Shown piece after piece: positions 13,185 to 24,665 of a stretch of DNA of 64,000 nucleotides. The position numbers and the translations under genes are program-made. Position 1 is the first letter of the stretch; each line of letters opens with the position of its first letter. The notes under the pieces are model-generated. The model did no database searches and was not told the origin of the DNA. It saw only the letters and a program-made list of their open reading frames with translations. This stretch comes from Octopus vulgaris (lineage: Eukaryota), in the NCBI GenBank assembly GCA_951406725.2, contig OX597819.1, positions 30,256,001 to 30,320,000 on the forward strand, written 5' to 3'.

Positions 13185-13632
13185 TCGTTTAAACAGTTTC
13201 TTTCACTCACAACATACTTGCTATAGACTTCCATCTTTTACGAAACACACATTGCGACAAGCATTTCTTCTCCAGCCTTATTTTCCGTTTCATGTGAAAA
13301 ACGAAAAAGTCGATTAGCTCGAGACTGGAGATGAACATGCCTGTTGCAATTCCTTTCACTCTCGTCTTCCATACTACTTCTACCGAGAAAAAACAGGCTC
13401 GCTCCTCCCTGTTCAGGGAGGTCGGCGGAACGATCTTTATTACAGATTCGTCGTCGACAGTTGTACTCTTCTCGAATGCGACTACCAGCGAAGGTGCTCC
13501 CTCGGCCGAACAATTGTTTCATTCATTATTTACAAGGATGTCAATGACAGAAGGAAATCTCAATGCTGTCAATTGTAGAAGAAGAGGAGTGGCAACGTTA
13601 GATGTCGTTAGATATGAGTATATTTATGTCAA

Positions 13633-14126
13633 GTGTGTGTGTGTGTGTGTGTCTGTCTGTGCGTGTGTGTACGTGTGGGCTTGTGTGCGTGCGTGCGTAT
13701 GTGTGTGTACACGTACATATGTATATATTCGTGAGCGTGTGCAGTCGTATGTACGTACGTATGTATGTATGTATGTATGTATGTATGTATGTATGTATGT
13801 ATGTATGTATGTATGTATGTATGTATGTATGTATGTGTGCATCTGTGTATGTGTGTGTGTATGTATGTATGTATGTCTATGTGTATGCTTGTATGTGTAT
13901 GTGTATGCTTGTATGTATGTATGTATGTATGTATGTATGTATGTATGTATGTATGTATGTATGTATGTATGCATGCATGTGTGTATGTATGTGTGTATGT
14001 ATGTATGTCTATGTGTATGCTTGTATGTCTATGTGTATGCTTGTATGTATGTATGTATGTATGTATGTATGTATGTATGTATGTATGTATGTATGTATGT
14101 ATGTATGCATGCATGTGTATGTATGT
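13633..14126. repeat. (TATG)n/(TG)n microsatellite
   Basis: Directly visible. Confidence 0.95.
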
Positions 14127-14913
14127 AATGATAATATGATCTCTTCAAGACGGCGAGCTGGCAGAAACGTTAGCACGCCGGGCGAAATGCTTAGCGAAAT
14201 GATGAAGGCTGGAGGGTATATCAGCCGAAACGTTGTGTTAACAACAAACAAGATGAGGACAAATACTCGTCAAATGTAAATAATGTAAATAGTGTACATA
14301 ATTCCTCATCTCTTGAATATAGAACTGTATTGATGAAAACATATACGAAGGTACTGAGACTAAAAATAGAGTGACCCCGAGAATATTATGCCAGACATAT
14401 GGCAGTATGAGCTCTCCTCTTACAATAAGATACCCCAAAATTCATTTTCAGTACCAGTATTGATTACAACACTTGGGGTACATCGTGATCTGTAATGGAA
14501 ATCCACTGCATAAAAGTAAAAATCCGTGAGATACTGACATCAACTGGAAATCTCCGCAGGAATAGTGATATCTATGGGTTCTATCTTAGAAGAGATAAAG
14601 GAGATACAGGCTTAAGATGAGTGAGGACTACCTTCAAATGTCTTATAGAGAGCACCTGCTAAACAACAACAACAGCAAAAATAAATATGATAGATTGACT
14701 TAGTGGTGGAAATGAAGAGAACAATATTCTGTCTCGGCAGCGAGCTCCTCATGAAAAACTCTCTTCCTGATGAATCCCCATACAACCCTAAAACAGCCGC
14801 ACTAGAATACCTAAAAAAAAAAAAAAAGGCTTGAATGTGAACTGCTGGGTATACCTAAAAAAAAGACTATGCATGAGTACGTTTTACGAAGACTTGAAGA
14901 AGACAATAATATC

Positions 14914-15132
14914 TATTTCTTTACTGCCCACAAGGGGCTAAACACAGAGAGGACAAACGGATTAAGTCGATTATATCGACCCCAGTGCGTAACTGGTACT
15001 TATTTAATCGACCCCGAAAGGATGAAAGGCAAAGTCGACCTCGGCGGAATTTGAACTCAGAACGTAACGTCAGACGAAATACGGCTACGCATTTTGCCTG
15101 GCGTGCTAACGTTTCTGCCAGCTCACCGCCTA
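14914..15132 (-). mobile_element. SINE family A with 10-bp TSD
   Basis: CAATAATATC at 14904-14913 and 15135-15144 flanks the copy. Confidence 0.88.
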
Positions 15133-15243
15133 AGCAATAATATCGGCATGAAGCGCAGACTCTCTTGAACCTGTGACCGCTACATCACATCACACTTTGA
15201 AGGTTATGCATTTGCAATCCAAGTACAGGAGATCGCTGCGAAA

Positions 15244-15745
15244 TCTATATAGTTGTGTGAGTGTCTGTCCCCTTCGATTTAGATTCCTAACTACTCCCAC
15301 ATTTTGCGGTGCAGTTTAACCAAATTCGGGTATCTTATAGTCGTGATTCATATCGAGCCCGTCTGGCTATTAGCGCCCTTCTACGATGAGTCTACGATTT
15401 TAAAAATAAGTTAACATCATTTTTTATTCCATTTTAATGCATAATTTTTCGTGTGTCGATGGCGGCGGAGTTGGCGTCCATGGTCACATCTGCACCTGTG
15501 TTGCTTCTCCCCCTTCTTCCCTCCTTCGTGAAGCTGTGGGGAAGGGAGTGTAAGGAAATCAATGTCGTAAAGCATTGTCAAGGAGACCAGCGTTCTTTTA
15601 GAACAACGATTTCATGGCTTGAAGACACCAAAACAGAAATGGCTAAGAAAGCCCGAATTGGCATCTATAAGGGAAGTAACTCTCTAAAAAGGCTTATATA
15701 GTTATTTCCCTTACAAACCCGAGCAACGCCGGGCGATACTGCTAG
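15244..15745 (+). mobile_element. Non-autonomous Helitron
   Basis: A|TC...hairpin...CTAG|T; removing it restores the host LINE reading frame (GCG AAA|TAC CTA). Confidence 0.9.
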
Positions 15746-17099
15746 TACCTAATAAACAAAAGAGATAGTAAAGCCTCTGGAGTACCTTGATGCAAACGAA
15801 AATGTAGATTATGTCATATTTCTGTGGAAGGCATCACACGTGATTAGCAGGTGCCTAAAGATGTCATCAAGGAGCTATCTACGTATGCGACATGACGCTG
15901 TCGCAAAAACAATGTTGCAATGCCATCCGGAAAAAAGGCTGTCCTGGAATAAATTTAGAGAATCCACCCCACCCTATTATTGAATATATGCACAATCACC
16001 AACAAAAGAAATGCTGATGGAACATTCCCATCAAAATAATTATCAAGTGTAAACATAATTTAAAGGCGGTGCTCCAGCATGGCCACAGTCAAATGACTGA
16101 AACAGGTAAAAGAGTATAATAGGCTGAGTATTGTTAGTTGGGGCAGACAAGAAAAAGTATGGACCGTCATGGAGGTCAGCTGTCCTGATGATGTGAATAT
16201 CTCTTTACATTCATACACATATCCTAGTCGCATACAGAGAAAAGCTCAACTTTTAGCCTAAAATTTTGTGTCTCTTGCTAGCGCTACTCATGTGGTCTCG
16301 TACTACCTTCACACCATCACTTCTCTTCCCGCAAACCATATGGTATCCAACTGTCCAAACGCAGCACTGACCACCACTCCAAGTCCTTCCGCTAAGGAAC
16401 GATGGTATTCTGTTATTCCGTTCTCGACGTGGCTTTTCTTCTTTCGACGATTTGTAAAAGTTTTAGCGAAAAGTTACCGGCATCAGTCAAACAGTTCTCG
16501 TGGGGTTTGCGATGGCTTTGCTTACAGACCCTTACCCCACCCCCTCAGTCAAGCTAAATAATTGTTTCAATTTTGGGTTCAAGGCTAGAAAATTTAGAAT
16601 AAGTAGGTAATCGATGATATCGCCCCCAGTACTTGACTAGGAGTTTATTTTATCGACTTCGAAAGGATGAAAGGTAAAGTTCATTTTGATGGGATTTGAA
16701 CTTAGAAGATAAAAAGTCGGAAGAAACGCCGTTAAGAATTTGCACTAGGTATTCTCGCAGCTCGCCGCCTTTTCAGCCACCTTGCCATGAGAAATTTATT
16801 GACGTTTTTTTATAAACACACTATGTAAATAAACAATGTCTTGGAGAATAGAGATTGAGATTTCCTGATGAAGCTTTATTCACGACACAGCTAATAATAT
16901 ACAGCACTTGTATATTTTTTGTATATTTCCGTTTTCCTTTTGTATCTTGTTTATTTCTCACACCCATAACTTGTTCTTTGCTTTAGTGTTTTTTTTATCT
17001 TTATAATTCAGATATACGTCGGTTTTGACAAATATCAAGGCATATTTTCATCTGTTTAAGTGAATATTTTCGACTGATAACATTGCAGTGTAAAATATA

Positions 17100-17495
17100 T
17101 ATTTCTTTACTACTGCCCACAAGGCGCTAAACACAGAGGGGACAAACAAGGACTGACAAAGGGATTAAGTCGATTACATCGATCCCAGTGCGAAACTGGT
17201 ACTTTATTTATCGTCCCCGAAAGAACGAAAGGCAAAGTCGACCTCGGCGGAATTTGAACTCAGAACGTAACGACAGACGAAATACCTATTTCTTTATTAC
17301 CCACAAGGGGCTAAACACAGAGGGGACAAACAAGGACAGACATAGGTATTAAGTCGATTAAATCGACCCCAGTGCGTAACTGGTACTGAATTTATCGACC
17401 CCGAAAGGATGAAAGGCAAAGTCGACCTCGGCGGAATTTGAACTCAGAACGTAACGACAGACGAAATACCGCTAAGCATTTCTCCCGGCGCGCTA
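17100..17495 (-). mobile_element. 5'-truncated SINE family A dimer inserted in the putative GPCR-2 5'UTR
   Basis: 18-bp TSD ATTGCAGTGT(A/G)AAATATA at 17082-17099 and 17496-17513; the site is empty in paralogs 1 and 3. Confidence 0.9.
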
Positions 17496-17653
17496 ATTGC
17501 AGTGTGAAATATACAAAAACGTTATTTTAACTTCTAACGTTCGTATTTGAATAATTGAAGGACTCTTTTAAGACTAAAAGGTGCGTAATTAAATGTAATT
17601 GTAAACCAAATGAATATCGCTAGCGAAAAAATACTCTCCACAAGGATATATTT

Positions 17654-17719
17654 ATGTGGAAAGTGAATATATTGCAACAAGGAATTCATAAGCAAAAAAC
17701 AAACATTAAAATAAAATGA
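17654..17719 (+). promoter_or_regulatory. Upstream ORF (21 aa, MWKVNILQQGIHKQKTNIKIK*) overlapping the GPCR-2 start (ATGA)
   Basis: Read directly. Confidence 0.55.
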
Positions 17720-18711
17720 ATTATAGCAATACTACCACAATCGAGGATATTAATCGAGACACATTTGCTGCTATGAGACCAGCGTTTATTCTCATCTCTA
17801 TTTTGATGCCTGTTGGTGTATTCGGCAATGCTACAGCCATGTACATCTATGGTTTTCGTTTCCAGAAATTACCAGTTCATATTTTCCTAATTTGTTTAGC
17901 TGTTTTTGATATGATTGGTTGCCTTTTCGGAATACCTCTAGAAATGGTCGAATTATTGTATCCTTTGATGTATCCCAACCGAATTCTTTGCAAGCTGGAA
18001 AGATTCTTAATATACTACAGCATCAGTACCTCAACTTCCACATTGTTTGTGATAGCAGTGGAGAGATATAACAAAGTTTGTCGCCATGATAAACAGCAAC
18101 TTTCGGTTCGTCAAGCTAAAATAATATCTGTGATAATTGGTTTCCTGTGCATCGTAGTTGCCTTACCCGGTGTTTTGTTTTTCGATAAAATGAAAATTCC
18201 GATTTCGTCAAATTTAAACGTTGAGATGTGTGTTTATACATCTCGTTATGATAAAATTTTTAAAAGTTATTTTCTGATATCACTTTTAATCGACATAATC
18301 ATTTTGGCAATAATGTTTCTATTATATTATCGCATTTGGAAGGTAGCTAAAAAGCATTATACACGTGCTATCTATACGGAAAGTCGAAATTTCGGGGATG
18401 CGGATGCCCACCAAAAAAACTTAAAAACATACACAAAGATTAGACAAACCAATAAAATTCTGCTATGCATTACGGTCTTATTTGTTATCAGCTTAATCCC
18501 TGGTCTACTCCTCGGAATTATTTATCCACCGAGATACGAGGCGGATATTCCAGTATTTGTGGAATCTTTGAGACAAATAGGCTTTCGAATGTGGATTTTT
18601 AACGGTGCAATGAACCCTGTTGTCTACGGACTATTAAACAGTCGCTTTCGTCAGATTTTCCTAAATTGTCTGCAAAATAACAGCATCGTATCTTCAGGTG
18701 CATCACAATAA
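17716..18711 (+). CDS. Class A orphan GPCR, paralog 2, 331 aa
   Basis: 7TM; GN, LAVFD, ERY, NPVVY; clearly paralogous to 3136-4155. Confidence 0.95.
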   Translation: MNYSNTTTIEDINRDTFAAMRPAFILISILMPVGVFGNATAMYIYGFRFQKLPVHIFLICLAVFDMIGCLFGIPLEMVELLYPLMYPNRILCKLERFLIYYSISTSTSTLFVIAVERYNKVCRHDKQQLSVRQAKIISVIIGFLCIVVALPGVLFFDKMKIPISSNLNVEMCVYTSRYDKIFKSYFLISLLIDIIILAIMFLLYYRIWKVAKKHYTRAIYTESRNFGDADAHQKNLKTYTKIRQTNKILLCITVLFVISLIPGLLLGIIYPPRYEADIPVFVESLRQIGFRMWIFNGAMNPVVYGLLNSRFRQIFLNCLQNNSIVSSGASQ

Positions 18712-19084
18712 ACAGAAGCAAAAGACTATGAAAACCTTTCCTTGTTAAGAAGCTGTAAGATCAGATGCATTTGCTTTCAGTTGTTTGTGGTTTGACAATT
18801 GTTTCAATATCGAACTGATTGATAAAATACATTTACATAAATACAAACCCGCGCGTTAAATGTGGTATGCGATTGAAAAAACTGTTAATATATAATTTTT
18901 CCTTTAATCTGTTTTCGAATATTTGAGTATTTCATTAATTGTTAATACAGGTAATTGATACTTCAACTTTTTTTTTTTGTTTTTGTTTTGTTTTTGGAGG
19001 TGGGGAATTTGTTTTTTTTGTTTTTTTCCGAGCACAACTATCTGCTATCAATTGCATTCCAATCAAATATACATATACAAATAT

Positions 19085-19396
<312 letters not shown>

Positions 19397-19413
19397 GTAC
19401 TATTAAACACTTA

Positions 19414-19632
19414 CGAACGGGTGCCGAAATGTTCGTGGCTTGGGGTAACAGAAAATACTGGAGGATCGGTTAGTTATGATTCTATCCAACATATTCCCCT
19501 CTCAGATTCACACACTTATAGCAGAGGTCCTTCAGTTTTTTTCTAAGCCCTGTTAAAGAACTCGGAAGGTTGGGCCTCCAGCAAGGCCTTTCGTGATACC
19601 CATAAAGCCAGGAAATTTTCAGTATCCCCTCG
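19414..19632 (-). mobile_element. Mariner-derived MITE
   Basis: TA-flanked imperfect TIRs (CGAACGGGTGCCGAAATGTTCGTGGCTTT / AAAGCCAGGAAATTTTCAGTATCCCCTCG); the interior encodes a mariner-like C-terminus [10 protein letters not shown]; relatives at ~30330-30522 and ~62150-62343. Confidence 0.75.
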
Positions 19633-19793
19633 TAATCAGGGAATAGTATTAGCCGTTTCTAACACAATCGATAACAATAGAACACCTCTTTCTTACATTG
19701 ATTTGACAGCCAGCTATATCAGGAACAGCGTCAGTCAGCGCGGGAATACGTTTTAATACCCAGAAAAACGGATAAGCCTCCGTTAAGTTTTAT

Positions 19794-20222
19794 GGATCTT
19801 TTCGGTTTGAACGGCAGTTTTTAACATAATTTCTAGGTAACTAAAATATTTTTAACTTTGTATACTGGTACAATGTGTTTATAAAACATCTTTTTCTCTT
19901 GGCTTTATTGAGAAAATTCTATAGTTTGTAAGATATTTATTGTTTTTTTTTCTTCAATTTCTGCAATTTCAACCAATCAGTGACGTCTATTGAGGTAAAA
20001 AAAACATTCTGTGCGTATGAATATGTCCCTTGTTGAAGAAACAGATTGGGTTTATTTACATTTGTGAAGAAAAAAAGATACCCTTCCCCCCACTCCTAAC
20101 CCTAACTAACCCTAACCCTAAAACAGATTGAAATGCAATAGATCGATACTAGGGTCATAATTATGGGTGACAATTTCATATGACACCGCTAGAAAAAACT
20201 GCCGTTCAAACCGAAAAGATCC
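19794..20222. mobile_element. MITE with GG-terminal TIRs and 8-bp TSD (Merlin-like)
   Basis: TIR GGATCTTTTCGGTTTGAACGGCAGTTTTT; TSD AGTTTTAT on both sides; internal CCCTAA repeats. The superfamily assignment is inference. Confidence 0.88.
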
Positions 20223-20512
20223 AGTTTTATCAAATCATTAAACTTTCGCTATTTCAAATTTAAAATCAAAATCCTGTACTCCTTATTAAATCCCTTATTA
20301 AATACCTCAGAAACATGAAATTCATTTATTTAATTTCCAATTATTTAATCGTCGTAAAAAATTTAATTCCTTCGGGTAAACAAAGGGGTTTTGGGAATCC
20401 AATATGTTTGCTTCTTATAAGCGTTGAGCCCTTATCGTAGCTCACCATATACAATTAACCCTTATATTTTAAATATATTAAGTCTTAATTTTTTTTTATC
20501 TTTTATAAGTAA

Positions 20513-20906
20513 CTAGCAGTATCGCCCGGCGTTGCTCGAGTTTGTAAGGGAAATAACTATATAAGCATTTTAGAGATGTAAAGTATAATAGCCATCTCAA
20601 TATAGCTAACCACAAAGGGGGGGGGTTACTGTAGCTTTTTACGTTCTGAGATTTAATAATACATTTTTAGAGAGTACTTCCCTTATATAATAGCAAAAAA
20701 ATGCATTAAAAATGGGAAAAAATAATGGTAATTTTTTTTTTTAATCGTAGACTCATCGTAGATGCGCGCTAATACCCAGAAGGGCTCGATATGAATCACG
20801 ACTATAAGATACCCGCTTTTGGTTACACTGCACCGCAAAATGTGGGAGTAGTTAGGAATCTAAATCGTAGGAGACAGACACACAACTTCACTTTTATATA
20901 TAAAGA
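20513..20906 (-). mobile_element. Non-autonomous Helitron (shorter variant)
   Basis: Reverse complement has A|TC, the same hairpin (one substitution) and CTAG|T. Confidence 0.88.
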
Positions 20907-21361
20907 TATACTTCTTGCTTTAACTCCATTTTTGCTTCTATATTCTATTTTCTTTCTCCTGCTCTAGTTATCGCGGTTTCTTAAATTACTCCCACTACGG
21001 TTTCTTTACCCCCGCAATCTTCCTTTTATTATATAACTAATATTTACTACATACATATATACATACATACGTACATATATATATACATTAAAAAAATTCA
21101 CGCAGCATGCGCACACACAAAGGCACACACATACACACTACATATGTATGTGCGTGTGCGTAATTTGTATCGTTATTTTCCGCTGTTAACCTAAGAATTA
21201 ATTATTATAATATATATATATACACACACACAAGCTTGCCAGACAGGTTATATGATTTATGTAACCTCAAATGTATATATGCATATATGTATGGATGCAT
21301 GCATGCATGTATGTATATGTGTGTATGTATGTATAAATGTATGTCTATATATATATATATA

Positions 21362-24015
21362 TTTAAAAAAAGGAGATGTCGAACACGAGTGGTGATATAT
21401 AAAAAAGGAAATGAAGAAAATGCTGACAAATAATTGAAGTAATTTAAGTAATTTAATTAGGTGGAAGTTCTTTTTACCGGTTGCGCATTTGTTATGCTTA
21501 TCAAAATATAAAAGAGAGATTAGAGTCTGTCTCTTATATGTGAAAAAAAGAGGCTCCAGAGTTGTTTTGGATTTGCTTGGTTTCGCGCCTAAAATTTTGA
21601 TTGGTCATTATGAAGGGGTCACGTGAATGTTTGAATGGAAGTTGGTGTTGGGGTAAGAAAAAAGGCTCCAGAGAAGTTAAAATTTGGCTAGTGTCCCGCC
21701 TAAAATTTCTTATTGGCCATAATAAAGAGGTCACGTGAATGTTTAGAATTTTCGAAAATAGTGTTGTTGAAAATTCTTATTGTTCAGGCTGGTCAGTAGA
21801 CGTCATGTGGATATTTTAAATAGCTTTTTAGCGCGTAGTTAGGGAGTGTATTTTCCGCTTGACTGGATAAGTAAGTTCGTTTAGAACAGGGAGAGCTGTA
21901 TGTATGTATGTGTGTGCGCGCGCGCGCGTGTGTTTATATGTATGTTGGGGCGCGCGCGCGTGTATATATGTGTGTGTGTGTGGGTACAATTTTCAATATT
22001 TATAGTTCTGCTGGCCTTGTGCCTGTATCGGGAAGCAACGTATTTGTGTGAAGTCAATATTTACAGCCATTTCCAAAAAATAGTGTTGGATGTTTTGCAC
22101 CCGTATTCAATTATGTGTATGTGTGGAACCATATATTTGTGTGTGTCATGGTGTTAATATCTGGGTAAAGGTGTGTGTAGGGTGTGTGCAGGTGTAAGTG
22201 TGTTTGTTGTGGGTTCGTGTTAGGGGCATGTGTTTAGAAGTGGTCTGTATTTATTAATAAGGTGGGATTCCATGGTTATTCGCTGGGTATGAGTGGCATT
22301 GTCTTTAAATTTGTAGAGGGGAAAGATTCTAAAATTGGGATGGAGTTGTGCGGCACAGGTATCAATATGTGCACTAAATGCTATTTTTCTATATTCCTGT
22401 ATTTTTATTTGGGATCTGTGGACAGTCATGCGTTAGCGGAGGCTATTTTTTGTTTGGCCTATGTAGTGTTCATTACAGCCCGAGCAAGTTAAGACATATA
22501 CTAGGTTTTCTGATGCGCATGTGAAGTTGTGTTTTACTGTGAAACGTTGTCCTTGTTTAAAAAGGAATTCCGGACCTTCTATTAGGTTGATGCATATACC
22601 ACAGTTGGGTCTATTGCATTTGTTTACTGTGGGTTTAGTTGTTGTGGTTGGCAGTACTTTGGCATTTGTTAGGATGGTTTTCAATGATTTGGGTTGCCTT
22701 TTGCTCTTTATGATTTCGTGTGTTAGGAGGATTTGGTTCATTCTATGGTCCTTTTGTAATACAGGAATGTTCTGGAGGATGGTGTCAAAAGCTTCATTGT
22801 TGAGGGGGTTGTGTGTAGAGATGTATGGTAGAGTATGGGGTTTCGATGTAACAGGTTTAGGGCGTCTAAGTTCCTGCGTGCTGAGTTTTAGGGCGCGTTG
22901 GATCCCATTGTCAATTAGTGACGTGGGGTAATCCCTGCTTGTTAATGTGCCCTTGAGTTCTTGTAGACGTAAGAGACGGGTGTTTTTATTGGAGACTATA
23001 TAAAAATCCCAAATAAAAATACAGGAATATAGAAAAATAGCATTTAGTGCACATATTGATACCTGTGCCGCACAACTCCATCCCAATTTTAGAATCTTTC
23101 CCCTCTACAAATTTAAAGACAATGCCACTCATACCCAGCGAATAACCATGGAATCCCACCTTATTAATAAATACAGACCACTTCTAAACACATGCCCCTA
23201 ACACGAACCCACAACAAACACACTTACACCTGCACACACCCTACACACACCTTTACCCAGATATTAACACCATGACACACACAAATATATGGTTCCACAC
23301 ATACACATAATTGAATACGGGTGCAAAACATCCAACACTATTTTTTGGAAATGGCTGTAAATATTGACTTCACACAAATACGTTGCTTCCCGATACAGGC
23401 ACAAGGCCAGCAGAACTATAAATATTGAAAATTGTACCCACACACACTCACATATATACACGCGCGCGCGCCCCAACATACATATAAACACGCGCGCGCG
23501 CGCGCACACACATACATACATACAGCTCTCCCTGTTCTAAACGAACTTACTTATCCAGTCAAGCGGAAAATACACTCCCTAACTACGCGCTAAAAAGCTA
23601 TTTAAAATATCCACATGACGTCTACTGACCAGCCTGAACAATAAGAATTTTCAACAACACTATTTTCGAAAATTCTAAACATTCACGTGACCTCTTTATT
23701 ATGGCCAATAAGAAATTTTAGGCGGGACACTAGCCAAATTTTAACTTCTCTGGAGGCTTTTTTCTTACCCCAACACCAACTTCCATTCAAACATTCACGT
23801 GACCCCTTCATAATGACCAATCAAAATTTTAGGCGCGAAACCAAGCAAATCCAAAACAACTCTGGAGCCTCTTTTTTTCACATATAAGAGACAGACTCTA
23901 ATCTCTCTTTTATATTTTGATAAGCATAACAAATGCGCAACCGGTAAAAAGAACTTCCACCTAATTAAATTACTTAAATTACTTCAATTATTTGTCAGCA
24001 TTTTCTTCATTTCCT

Positions 24016-24023
<8 letters not shown>
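21362..24023 (-). mobile_element. Penelope-like element (Neptune-type GIY-YIG), 5'-truncated, with an inverted copy of its 3' ~1 kb
   Basis: Minus ORF ~23005-22220: RT thumb, KCNRPNCGIC, NLVYVLTCSGCNEHYIGQT, one internal TAA at 22433, ending ESHLINKYRPLLN; arms ~21398-22415 and 23006-~24023 are near-perfect inverted repeats. Confidence 0.92.
23906..23952 (+). ncRNA. Putative minimal type I hammerhead ribozyme with variant core (mirror copy at 21469-21515, - strand)
   Basis: TCTTTT atatt TTGATAA GCAT aacaa ATGC GCAA CCG GTA AAAAGA: stem I, core, stem II, core, short palindromic stem III, GUA site. Confidence 0.6.
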
Positions 24024-24090
<67 letters not shown>

Positions 24091-24223
24091 ATAAAATATA
24101 TATATATAAAAATACAAAATGGGACAAGAACGCAAGACACTCAAATAGACGACACAAAAAAAGGACGGGTCATTCGAAGCCTCTAATCTTCAGTCAAGAA
24201 CCGGATCATCCTCGCAATTTCGG

Positions 24224-24287
<64 letters not shown>

Positions 24288-24544
24288 TATTTATCATAAC
24301 ATATACAACGTTATTCATGTTATGTCATAAATATTCTTTATTCGTCAGTTTTATATTTATATTTACCTTTATTTCAATTTTATTTCCTCCAACAATCTAC
24401 ATATTTCCAGAATTTCTTTTTATTTGTTTTTTACTCTTTCTTCTTTTTTTCTTTCTTTCTTTCTTTTATTTTTATTTATTTTTTTATTATTTTTGTTTCG
24501 ATATCTTTTATTCGGTTTGAATTTTGCTCAGCTGTGGTCATTGC

Positions 24545-24634
24545 GCGACATCTTCTACAATAGCCTTGGGCCGACCGAAGCCATGTGAATGGATCTGATA
24601 GATAGAAACTGAAACAAAAATTTATATATACGTA

Positions 24635-24665
<31 letters not shown>

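Larger units (their letters stand above)
12589..13610 (-). mobile_element. 3' end (ORF2 C-terminus plus 3'UTR) of an L1/Tx1-like LINE, interrupted by the 5S-SINE insertion
   Basis: Minus strand reads VVWKTRVKGIATGMFISSLELIDFFVFHMKRKIRLEKKCLSQC (resembles the L1-clade W..R...I C-terminal motif); the 3'UTR ends TAATAAAGAAAT. Confidence 0.6.
14330..16200 (+). mobile_element. Degenerate R4-like (restriction-like endonuclease) LINE with nested SINE and Helitron insertions
   Basis: EGYAFAIQVQEIAAK|YLINKRD across the Helitron, then a CRLC Zn knuckle, RHD, and an EVSCP motif. Confidence 0.65.

Noticed and set aside
23006-23086. N-terminal ~27 aa of the 217-aa ORF 22433..23086
   Set aside because: It comes from the antisense of the inverted arm; the real Penelope-like frame starts at the inversion junction.
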